NCBI GenBank assembly: GCA_051531975.1
Contig: JAOPTT010000003.1
Span: 160,001-224,000 of the forward strand
DNA length: 64,000 nt
Source: Spirochaetaceae bacterium
GTDB lineage: Bacteria; Spirochaetota; Spirochaetia; DSM-2461
Direction of reading: 5' to 3'
Shown in pieces: positions 38,546-47,584 of the stretch. Position 1 is the first letter of the stretch. Every line of letters starts with the position of its first letter. Both the position numbers and the translations under genes were made by a program. The notes beneath the pieces were generated by a model that was not told the DNA's origin, made no database searches, and saw only the letters and a program-made list of their open reading frames with translations.

Positions 38546-39847
38546 ATGCAACGAAAACTTAATAGTGAAACTCTAAACTCATATCTATACCTAATTAAGT
38601 GGGTTGCAATCTCTCTAATATCTGGAATTGTAGGAGTTGCAACGCTTCAAACATTCACAATACTTTCAAATATAATTACAACAAATATTTCTAATGTTAA
38701 TATACACATAATAGTATGGCCCATATCCGGAGCAATAATTACAGGACTATTAATATACAGATTTGAAATTGGCGCTGCTGGAGAAGGGGTTCCATCCTAT
38801 ATTAAAGGTGTAAAAGATGATGGAGGATATCTCTCTTTCCGTGTCTCATTTTTTAAATTCTTCGCAGCACTATTCACACTTTCAACATATGGAAATGGTG
38901 GAATTGTAGGGCCTTTAGGGCGAGTTTCAGCAGGTATTTCTAATCAAATATTGGGATTAATAAAACCACTTACAAAGAGAATAAATCAAGATGACATTAG
39001 GATTGCTGCAGTTTGTGGGATGTCTGCAATTATGGGTGCAATTTTTCATTCATCAATTGGAGCAGGAGTTTTTGCTGTTGAGATTATACAGAGAAAAAGT
39101 ATTAATTATCGTGATCTATTCCCTTCGATACTTGCAAGTTCAACGGCTGTTTATATCTCAAAGCTACTCGGTTTTGAAAGTTTTTACGGTATAGAAACTG
39201 TCAATACTTTTATGGAATTTGATAAAACAGGGTGGCTTATTATTTTTATAATCGTTGTCGGCTTTATGGGTGGACTGTACAATCAGATATACGGGAAAAT
39301 AACTCATATAATCAGACGTGGGGAAGGAAATATTTTACCAAAACTGATCCTGGGATCACTTGTCGCATTTATAATTTCTTATGCAGTTAACCCTAATCTA
39401 ATTGGTACAAGTAAGCCAATTTTCACAGCATTATACACAGGAGATATTACTGTCATTACAGGCAGACTCACGTCTTTGGACAATGTAGGCTTTTCAATTT
39501 TAATAATTATTATCGCAAAAATCTTAAGTAACTGTATCACCGTTGGAAGTGGTATGAGTGCTGGTTTTACTGGTCCTTCAGCATTAACAGGAATGCTTCT
39601 TGGTGTAGCAGCTACAACATTTTTAGATATTGAAATTGGATCTGCAACCTACTTCGCTTTTATGGCAGCTGGTTTTTCAGGAATGCTTTCAAGTAGTATG
39701 AATGTTCCTCTTGCAGCGGCTATTTTATCTATTGAGATATTTGGTTTACAGTACTCATTTCCAGCTGCAGTATCTGCGATTATTGGTTTTCAGATAATGC
39801 GAGGAAGTACTATTTACGACTTTGCTCTTGGTACTGCAAAAAAGTAA
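38546..39847 (+). CDS. CLC family chloride channel/transporter, atypical motifs
   Basis: GEGVP, GGIVGP, AIMGAIF..GVFAVEI, SAGFTGP, NVPLAA..IEIFG. Confidence 0.85.
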   Translation: MQRKLNSETLNSYLYLIKWVAISLISGIVGVATLQTFTILSNIITTNISNVNIHIIVWPISGAIITGLLIYRFEIGAAGEGVPSYIKGVKDDGGYLSFRVSFFKFFAALFTLSTYGNGGIVGPLGRVSAGISNQILGLIKPLTKRINQDDIRIAAVCGMSAIMGAIFHSSIGAGVFAVEIIQRKSINYRDLFPSILASSTAVYISKLLGFESFYGIETVNTFMEFDKTGWLIIFIIVVGFMGGLYNQIYGKITHIIRRGEGNILPKLILGSLVAFIISYAVNPNLIGTSKPIFTALYTGDITVITGRLTSLDNVGFSILIIIIAKILSNCITVGSGMSAGFTGPSALTGMLLGVAATTFLDIEIGSATYFAFMAAGFSGMLSSSMNVPLAAAILSIEIFGLQYSFPAAVSAIIGFQIMRGSTIYDFALGTAKK

Positions 39848-39901
39848 ATGAGTTATACTTTAACTAAACCGATATAATATATCGTAATAAGGAGTGTTTT
39901 T

Positions 39902-40525
39902 ATGAAAATAATAGTTTTTGGTGCAACAGGTAAAACTGGAATGGATGTAGTCACACAAGCTCTTGAGCAAAATCATTTAGTTACTGCTTTTATACGAAAT
40001 CCAGATAGAATGAGTATTAAACATGATAATTTAACTTTAATAACTGGAGATGCTTTAAATCTTGAAAACGTATCCCAAGGGGTTATAGGTCAAGATGCAG
40101 TTATCTGTACATTAGGATCTGGTAAAAATTTAAAACAAACAAAAATCAGATCTAAGGGTACTGCAAATATCATAGATGCTATGAAACAACATAAATTAAA
40201 GCGTTTAATAGTCATGACAGCTATGGGTGTTGGTGAAAGCTGGAATGATCTTTCACTGATTAATAAGTTCTTTTTTGCAGTTTTGATGAAAAGTATACGA
40301 CAGGATCACGAATTACAGGAAACTTATGTAAAAGAGAGCAAATTAGATTGGACAATTATTAGACCTAGTGGATTAACCGATTCAGTACCTACTGGAATGT
40401 ATAAAGTTGGTGAAAGAATAAAGGCAAAAACTTCTCAAATTTCTAGAGCTGATGTTGCTGGTTTGATTCTAAATGAGATAAATAAGAATGATAACTTACA
40501 TAAGGCAATTACAATAACCAACTAA
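39902..40525 (+). CDS. NAD(P)H-binding atypical SDR (flavin/biliverdin reductase-like)
   Basis: FGATGKTG, LDWTIIRP, ISRADVA. Confidence 0.9.
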   Translation: MKIIVFGATGKTGMDVVTQALEQNHLVTAFIRNPDRMSIKHDNLTLITGDALNLENVSQGVIGQDAVICTLGSGKNLKQTKIRSKGTANIIDAMKQHKLKRLIVMTAMGVGESWNDLSLINKFFFAVLMKSIRQDHELQETYVKESKLDWTIIRPSGLTDSVPTGMYKVGERIKAKTSQISRADVAGLILNEINKNDNLHKAITITN

Positions 40526-40613
40526 TAAGATAGTTATTGATCTATCATTAGAGTGGATAAGTAATATTCCAAAAGCTCGTCTACCACTGGGGTTTATTTC
40601 TTATTATATTCTT

Positions 40614-41186
40614 TTAGATCACTTTATATCTCTTTTCATTCCATATTTTTTGTAATGTTTCATTATCCCATACCTGTGCTTCTATATAGAATTCATAATT
40701 TAAGACTTTCTTTTGAATAATTAATTCTTCAAGCTCATTATATAAATATACTTTTGGGTTATTAGTTCTTCTTCCACCAATAATATGACCTTCTTCATCA
40801 TATTCTAATTCATACATACTATCTGGATAAGTAAATGAAATCGTTGATATATCTATTTCATTAATTTCTATACGATATTCAATTCCATTTTTTTGTATAT
40901 CGATCCTTATATCTGTCTCACCTTCTTTGGGTTCTCCTAATATCATGTACACAGGAACAGTACTTTGTGGTGTCCCACCTTTATCTTTCAGGCTTTTATA
41001 TATCCAATGTTCTATTTCCCTTCTATGCAATAAATATTCATCGTCAGCATAAAAGTCTCCAATATTATTTCTCTTACAATGTTTTTTTTTAATACTATTT
41101 GCTTCTTCAATTGATATCTCATTGAGAGAAACAAATGGATATTCACCTATTGGAGCAATTCTAGTTAAATAATTCGGTATAATCAT
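40614..41186 (-). CDS. Hypothetical protein
   Basis: 190-aa ORF, RBS-like AGGA upstream, 2 bp from the upstream gene. Confidence 0.8.
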   Translation of the reverse strand: MIIPNYLTRIAPIGEYPFVSLNEISIEEANSIKKKHCKRNNIGDFYADDEYLLHRREIEHWIYKSLKDKGGTPQSTVPVYMILGEPKEGETDIRIDIQKNGIEYRIEINEIDISTISFTYPDSMYELEYDEEGHIIGGRRTNNPKVYLYNELEELIIQKKVLNYEFYIEAQVWDNETLQKIWNEKRYKVI

Positions 41187-41188
41187 TT

Positions 41189-42205
41189 CTAATAATTTCC
41201 TAATAATATTTCACCAATTTCATAGACTACTCGTTTCATACCAGAGAAATTCGATAAAGATATAATGGTAATATCTTTTTGTGGGAATCGGAGCATCTCT
41301 GATCGATATCCTGCGGCAGCACCATCATGGTTTATGGTCTTAAATCCAGAGAAATCATCAACGAACAACCCATAACCATAATTTATTTTATCACCATTAT
41401 TAAGGTTGCTCTTTTTCTGTAGTTCCCCGTGGAGTTTACAGTTTATTAGCGTACTATTCGATTGAAAAAAGCAATTATCCCATTTAGCTAAATCATGAAC
41501 GTTTGTCAAAAGACCTGTATCACCTACAATATTGAAAATGTAAGGAAAATTCTCATGTTTACCATCTTTAATAGTACTATAACTGAGTGCACGATTTGGT
41601 ATTATTTGTTTATGATCATTATAAAATGTAGTATTATTCATTCCTAATGGATTAAAAATTTTAGTATTCATATATTCTGGAAAAGATACTTTTGCCACAA
41701 TCTCAATTATTTGAGCTAATAAGAAATAGTTTGAATTTGAATATGTGAACTTTTCTCCAGGTTCGTCTTCTAGTTTACTTAAGACAATTAGTTTCATAAT
41801 ATCTGCATCCTGATACATATTTGATTCAGACATACTTTCAGACTCCATCAAATCCATATAATCCTGAATTCCTGAGGTATGGTTTAATAAGTTTTTTAAT
41901 TTATTTTGCCGAGTTAATTGAGGGAAATCTGGGAAATATTTATGTAGACTATCATCTAGTTCTAATAATCCATCATTTTGTAATAGTAAAATACCATAAG
42001 CTACAAATTGCTTGGAAATAGATGCGATATCAAAAATAGTATCACAAGTAATTTTTGTACCACGTTCTAAATCTGCTAATCCATAAGCATATTCGAAAAT
42101 TAAATTCCCCTTGTGGATAATACCAATCTGAGATCCAGGATGATTCTTTATATTGAACTCAGAAAATAATTCTTTTATCTTATGAGAAACTTCTAATAGT
42201 TCCAA
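41189..42205 (-). CDS. Serine hydrolase, beta-lactamase/AmpC-like family
   Basis: ASISK (SxxK), LLNHTSG, YSN, HDG; TTG start with RBS AAGGAG. Confidence 0.92.
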   Translation of the reverse strand: MELLEVSHKIKELFSEFNIKNHPGSQIGIIHKGNLIFEYAYGLADLERGTKITCDTIFDIASISKQFVAYGILLLQNDGLLELDDSLHKYFPDFPQLTRQNKLKNLLNHTSGIQDYMDLMESESMSESNMYQDADIMKLIVLSKLEDEPGEKFTYSNSNYFLLAQIIEIVAKVSFPEYMNTKIFNPLGMNNTTFYNDHKQIIPNRALSYSTIKDGKHENFPYIFNIVGDTGLLTNVHDLAKWDNCFFQSNSTLINCKLHGELQKKSNLNNGDKINYGYGLFVDDFSGFKTINHDGAAAGYRSEMLRFPQKDITIISLSNFSGMKRVVYEIGEILLGNY

Positions 42206-42626
42206 TTGTAACTCCTTTAAATTTCAATTAAATAAATTTTGATATTTTTTAGAATTTACTCGTACTTTGCTTTTAGATATCACTAGTATAATATATTTCT
42301 AAATATTATTTTTATATACTACTCAAGTAGTATATATTCAAAATGCAAGAGTGATATAATTCTCCTGATAATCGTAGATTAATTTTTTATGACTAGCTTA
42401 TTATTTAATACTTATGAATTTTATTAAAATTATTAATTATACTTGAATGTGCTTCTGTTGTTTATTTTATTACTATTTCTTTTCTGGTCAGACAAATACT
42501 AATTAATTGTAATATTTGTCAATTAAACCATTAATCCTCATTGTTTTATACTAACCCCTATTTTACCCATTTATGATTATACGAAACACATAGTATAGAA
42601 AATAATCAACTGATACCCTAAAGTGG

Positions 42627-42748
42627 ATTTAACACCTGTATGAGCTGCCGGCTTGTGCCTGAAACGAAGTGGAAGGATTGGCGCATATCTTGTATTTTTC
42701 ATGCACGATATGTACCCCAAAACGGTCTGATCCATACTTGGGTTAAAT
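42627..42748 (-). mobile_element. attC-like integron cassette recombination site (site 2)
   Basis: Minus strand ATTTAAC...GTTAAAT (RYYYAAC/GTTRRRY); paired GTATG/CATAC and CCG/CGG; 122 bp; 48 bp downstream of a stop codon. Confidence 0.72.
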
Positions 42749-42796
42749 CCCAATCATTGACGTTTAACCTCAAATTTCACAACGATTATTATCTTT

Positions 42797-43429
42797 TTAC
42801 CTTGGATTAATTAATATCCCTCTTCCTGCAAAATATTTTTCAAATAGATTGAAATCAACTTTAAAGTTCTTCTGACTAGAAACTGAATTTCCTGAGGGAT
42901 TATTTATATAAAAACATTTTTCAGATGTATCTACTCCTGTGATAACAACAAGATGTCCACCTTTTTTTCCTGAATATAATATATTAGGTTTTCTAATTAA
43001 ATAATGTACTGAAACTATAAAAATATTTCCTTTTAAAGTTTCAGTTGAGATTTCATTTATAGATAATGGAGAGACAGATAGAGATTCTAATTCAAATCTT
43101 TCTTTTAAGTATTTTGTAAAAGGAACATAAAATAACCCATCTACATCATCATACTGAATTTTATATCCTCCATACAAAGTACATTCTTTTGCTAACTCTA
43201 TTAATGGAGGTGATTTAATTTTACAATAATCTAAAATCATTTTTAAACAAGCCATACCACAAATATTTTTTGCCCAAAAATCATATTCATCTGGTGTTAT
43301 TGCCCCTGAAGATTTCCATAATGGATCATCAACTGCTTTTATATTTCCATTAATTATATCACCGACTAAGTTACTTGAAATCCATTGAGAATAATATGGG
43401 AATTCTTGATATAATTTTCTTTGTTTCAA
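42797..43429 (-). CDS. Papain-like peptidase (C39-like)
   Basis: PYYSQ, CGMAC, GHLVVITG, NNP; TTG start. Confidence 0.82.
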   Translation of the reverse strand: MKQRKLYQEFPYYSQWISSNLVGDIINGNIKAVDDPLWKSSGAITPDEYDFWAKNICGMACLKMILDYCKIKSPPLIELAKECTLYGGYKIQYDDVDGLFYVPFTKYLKERFELESLSVSPLSINEISTETLKGNIFIVSVHYLIRKPNILYSGKKGGHLVVITGVDTSEKCFYINNPSGNSVSSQKNFKVDFNLFEKYFAGRGILINPR

Positions 43430-43590
43430 TTTTATTCCTTACTTTAAGATCATTTTTAAGGTACTATTTTTACCTAATAATTAAATGATTTTGAACGAGA
43501 CATCAATATTTCCTAAATCTTATAGCATATAAAAGTTTAGGTCACGTATAAAAATCTGGTATAGATTAGACTTCCGCACCTTTGATGAAC

Positions 43591-44896
43591 TGTATGATAC
43601 ATCGCGGACACTTTTCTAACAGCATCGCTTACAGTTTTAACTCATTATTATACTTCATTATATCATATACTTTGAGGTCTTTCATATCTGCATATCCTAG
43701 GAAGAATTGCCTAAAATAGATCTCATATATTCTATTTCCAAGCTCGTTAAAACCCAATTCTTTGCCAGCTAGAGCTGATGTGATAAACATCCATTCTGCC
43801 TTTCCTATTCTAATGGCACCATTATTAGTTACCCTCCTTACAGTATATTCTTTTGGATACATCCATGGTTCTATTTTTCCAGGATATTTTTTATCTGATC
43901 TAATATTAACAGCAGTCGGAGTTCTCATTCCAAGAGCTTCATGTGGTCTCAAGTCATTATATTCTCTAATAAAATGATTAAGTTTTACTTGTTGTGCCTG
44001 AAGGTTTTTACCAGGAGGTCTAGTTGCTTCACCCTTCAAATCTCGGTGCATTCTTTCGTGCCTCCCATTTTGCTGTGGACTTGCAGGATCTGAGAATACA
44101 GGTTTAATTCCTAGCTCCATAAACCAAACTCCTAATTTAGATAATCGACCTAAAGATCTTACGTGTGCAAAGGGAGATCCATTGTCTGTATGAATCTGTT
44201 CGGGTAATCCATAATGTCTAAAAACTTTGATAAATTCAGCCTTAGAGCCCTTTGTATTAGGGTTTAGCATACCTTTAGCACTAAAGACATAACGACTGTA
44301 GGAGTCTACGATAGTGAGCGGGTGACAGTATATTTTGTTACCCATTCTAAACTTACCTTTGAAATCAGCACTCCAAACCTCATTACATTTCTTGGGATCA
44401 AATATTGGTTTCTTAGGTTCTGTCCTAGTTCTAATTTTTCTAGATTTAACCAATCCATTTCTTTTTAATATAAGGCTAACTGTAGATTCTTTTGGGAGTG
44501 TGCAATTTGGAAATTCAGCTTCTAATAGAACTAATAACTTTCGTGGTCCCCAGCTTTTATGTTTCCCTCTTAATTCAATTATTTTCTTTACAAAGAGTTC
44601 TGGTGTTTTATTTGGCATATGTATTGGAGTCTTATCTTTTTCTTTTAATCCTGGGAAACCAAACTCTTTATACCTATCAATAAACTTGTATGCGGTGGAT
44701 CTACTAATATCAAACATTTTAGTTAAATTAGTGACTGTATATTTCCCAGATTTCCATAGTAAAATAAATTCTTCTTTTTGTTCCATGACTGACATCTCCT
44801 TCCAAGACACGGCTAACTCCTTTTAAGGGTATTTCCATGTCTTAAACTGTAAGCGATGTCCTTAGAAAAGTGTCCGTGATGTTGTTAGGCCGTACC
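43591..44896 (-). mobile_element. IS481-family insertion sequence
   Basis: About 39-bp subterminal IRs ACATCGCGGACACTTTTCTAACAGCATCGCTTACAGTTT / ACATCACGGACACTTTTCTAAGGACATCGCTTACAGTTT; flanks TGAAC/TGAAT; exact ends uncertain by a few bp. Confidence 0.88.
43629..44810 (-). CDS. IS481-family DDE transposase
   Basis: HTH ISRSTAYK, WGPRKL, WSADFKG, TDNGSPF, PQQNGRHER, RPHEALG. Confidence 0.95.
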   Translation of the reverse strand: MSWKEMSVMEQKEEFILLWKSGKYTVTNLTKMFDISRSTAYKFIDRYKEFGFPGLKEKDKTPIHMPNKTPELFVKKIIELRGKHKSWGPRKLLVLLEAEFPNCTLPKESTVSLILKRNGLVKSRKIRTRTEPKKPIFDPKKCNEVWSADFKGKFRMGNKIYCHPLTIVDSYSRYVFSAKGMLNPNTKGSKAEFIKVFRHYGLPEQIHTDNGSPFAHVRSLGRLSKLGVWFMELGIKPVFSDPASPQQNGRHERMHRDLKGEATRPPGKNLQAQQVKLNHFIREYNDLRPHEALGMRTPTAVNIRSDKKYPGKIEPWMYPKEYTVRRVTNNGAIRIGKAEWMFITSALAGKELGFNELGNRIYEIYFRQFFLGYADMKDLKVYDIMKYNNELKL

Positions 44897-44903
44897 TGAA
44901 TCC

Positions 44904-45013
44904 ATATAACGTCCTGTTGAGAAGAAAGTTTGTCCCGTAGGGTTGGCGGAGTCTTTGCATTTTTTATGCATAGACTGTGACAATAACTTTGCTTTTCCAA
45001 CAGTTTGTTAAAT
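44904..45013 (-). mobile_element. attC-like integron cassette recombination site (site 1)
   Basis: Minus strand ATTTAAC...GTTATAT; arms CTGTTG/CAACAG, AAAGTT/AACTTT, TGTC/GACA with extra unpaired bases on the R'' arm; 110 bp; 28 bp after the stop codon. Confidence 0.78.
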
Positions 45014-45041
45014 AGTGAATAAGTTAAAAGGCATAATAATT

Positions 45042-45905
45042 TTATCGTTGTTTAATAGGCACATTAATATCACCTACTAATACTAATGAATTATAATCTT
45101 CAGAATTAGGAAAATTTAATTGAATATTATAGATTCCATATTCAGGTTCATCATCTACTATAACTACTTTAATATAAGCATTAAATTCTTTATTAGGTTT
45201 TGAAATAGTTGTTATTTTTATAGGAATATAAAAATCAAATCCTTTTATTCCACTTTTGATATCAATATATACAAGAAAACTATTATCTAGGATTTCCATT
45301 TCTTTAGCTAAACTAAAATTCATGGTTGTTTTCAATTTTGTATCTTCAATATCAATATCATCTAATGCGTTTGGAGAATATAAATCGATTAAATCTTCGA
45401 AATATCTATTATCAATTATATCTTTTATTTTTTTTATTAATTCATTTTTTTCTTTATCTTTAAATTTCGATGAAATAAGTTCATTTTTTACTGAGACATT
45501 ATTTAATTCTTCTTTATTGAAAGCGAATCTACTTCCTGAAACAGTATTGTTAATTGGATCATCTATATGCATCAAAACAATACCAATCAGTGAATCATAA
45601 ATGTGAAACTGATTACTGTAATTATTATATTTTAATGCATTACTCAAATATCCATTTTTAATTGCATATTTTGCGACTTCCATAGCAAAATCTTTACTTT
45701 TTCCTTCCATTGTAGGTTTTGACTCTACAATGAGTTGAATGGTATATAAAGCATTTCCAGTAATTACAGTTTTCAAAATTTGATAATTTTGATTATTTAT
45801 CTTCCAATTTTCTTGTGGCGTTATTTGAATTTCTGAATATTCTGAAACTTGTCCATATAAACTAAATGTTAAAGTAAATAAAATAATTATTATTTTTTCT
45901 TTCAT
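45042..45905 (-). CDS. Hypothetical exported protein (cassette-borne)
   Basis: Signal peptide MKEKIIIILFTLTFSLYG; very AT-rich. Confidence 0.8.
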   Translation of the reverse strand: MKEKIIIILFTLTFSLYGQVSEYSEIQITPQENWKINNQNYQILKTVITGNALYTIQLIVESKPTMEGKSKDFAMEVAKYAIKNGYLSNALKYNNYSNQFHIYDSLIGIVLMHIDDPINNTVSGSRFAFNKEELNNVSVKNELISSKFKDKEKNELIKKIKDIIDNRYFEDLIDLYSPNALDDIDIEDTKLKTTMNFSLAKEMEILDNSFLVYIDIKSGIKGFDFYIPIKITTISKPNKEFNAYIKVVIVDDEPEYGIYNIQLNFPNSEDYNSLVLVGDINVPIKQR

Positions 45906-46342
45906 ATATTTTCCTTGTTCATAGACATTTTATAGCCTAATGAACTTACAGTATACTAATAAATTTTTATCTATTTAACATATTACATCACTTGTTTTCT
46001 CTATATTTCACATCCTAAACAGCATAGTTTATCGATATACGTATTATTTATCTAGTTATATGTACTGCTCTAATTAGTTTTACAATCTATGTTAGATTTA
46101 TATCCATTTACATCGTTTCCATATAAACAGAAATAAGGGATATACAATGAATAATGGAACGTTATTATATTAGTTATCCTTTAAATGTTTATACGAAGTA
46201 GTCCTACTAATACCAACAGTACTAGCAAGAACACTTTTCTAATCACCTAATGATAACAGAGCATTTATTTGTGTACTTTACTGTGTTCATGCCTATCCCC
46301 ACGTTGTTCCCATGTGGAATGAGTTCTTTATCAATATTAAAC

Positions 46343-47551
46343 TTAAGGCCGTCCCATACTACCGTCAGCTCTTCTTGCAAGGGTCCATTTTGTTGGCTTT
46401 ACTTCTGCTGGGTATTTATTTGCTAGTTTTTCATTGAAGTTTATTCCCCAGCCTGGTTTATTATTGGGAATAACCATATTTCCATTTATTTCAGGTATTC
46501 CTTCAAATATCTCATGTTCTAGTTCTGATCTAAAAGCCCATTCCTGGATACCGAAGTTGTTTTTATTTATATCCATGTGAACAGATGCTGTTAGTCCTAT
46601 TGGTGTTAGATCACCAGGGCCGTGCCAGGCTGTTCTTATTCCCTTATCTGCACATATATCTGCAAGTTTTAGACATGGAGTTACTCCTCCTATATCTGAT
46701 GGATGTATACGGAGGAAGTCAAATAAGCGTTCGTCTATCATGGATTTTATTGTATTGGGATGGCTGAATAGTTCTCCCATAGCTAGGGGTATAGCACTTT
46801 GTTCTCTAACTCTTCTAAACCACTCCCAGTCTTCGGGGGCAAAAAGATCTTCTAGAAAAAAGAGTCTGTAGGGTTCTAAAGCTTTTGCAAGCCAGACACC
46901 GTCTGTTGGCATTAGTCTTTCATGGACATCGTAGAGGAATTCTACTGATGGCCCAACTTTTGATCGTAGGTATTCGAACATTTCAGGAATTAGATAGAGT
47001 TTTTCCTTTTCATCGAAATAGGCTGCTTCTCCAAATAATTTTTTACCGGGGATTTTATTTTCATCGAGTAGTCCCTGATAACCTCCTAATTGGCATCGGA
47101 TATGGGTAAAGCCTCGCTCTCTGAACTCTTCTACTCTGTCTAGAAGTTCCTCTTTACATTTACCGTCTGCATGAACGTAGATAGTAGCACCAACTCTGCT
47201 TTTACCACCCCATAAATCGTAACAGGGCATGTTGGCTACTTTACCCTTAATATCCCAGAGAGCCATATCAATACCACTCATGGCGTTATTCATAACTGGC
47301 CCGTTTCTCCAGTAGGCATTAACATTAATACTGTTCCAGATATCAGTGATATTTGATGGATCCTTTCCTATAACAAATGGTTTAAGGTAGTCCTCAAGTA
47401 TAGTAATGACAGCTGTATACCGCCATGAAAAAGTAGCACAGCCGATACCAAATATTTCTGGATCATTTGTTAATATTTTTACAACAACTAAAGGAGTTCC
47501 TGCTGGAGATGTTGCCCAAACTTTCACATCTGTTATAGTTAAATTATTCAT
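46343..47551 (-). CDS. rspA: Enolase-superfamily RspA/ManD-type sugar-acid (mannonate/gluconate) dehydratase
   Basis: YWRNGPV, IDMALWDIKGK, DVHER, FLED, MGEL, WHGPGD, IQEW. Confidence 0.88.
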   Translation of the reverse strand: MNNLTITDVKVWATSPAGTPLVVVKILTNDPEIFGIGCATFSWRYTAVITILEDYLKPFVIGKDPSNITDIWNSINVNAYWRNGPVMNNAMSGIDMALWDIKGKVANMPCYDLWGGKSRVGATIYVHADGKCKEELLDRVEEFRERGFTHIRCQLGGYQGLLDENKIPGKKLFGEAAYFDEKEKLYLIPEMFEYLRSKVGPSVEFLYDVHERLMPTDGVWLAKALEPYRLFFLEDLFAPEDWEWFRRVREQSAIPLAMGELFSHPNTIKSMIDERLFDFLRIHPSDIGGVTPCLKLADICADKGIRTAWHGPGDLTPIGLTASVHMDINKNNFGIQEWAFRSELEHEIFEGIPEINGNMVIPNNKPGWGINFNEKLANKYPAEVKPTKWTLARRADGSMGRP

Positions 47552-47584
47552 TTTTATATCCTTTTATATTTTTTTATAATTTTA

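Noticed and set aside
40540..40600. Possible fourth attC (AGTGG...CCACT) after the orphan gene
   Set aside because: No intact AAC/GTT cores or family loop motif; could be a terminator between convergent genes.
41189..42205. True beta-lactam resistance gene
   Set aside because: No signal peptide; HDG rather than KTG; more likely a cytoplasmic esterase or peptidase.
42797..43429. Bacteriocin/RiPP maturation locus
   Set aside because: No precursor, modification enzyme or fused ABC transporter adjacent.
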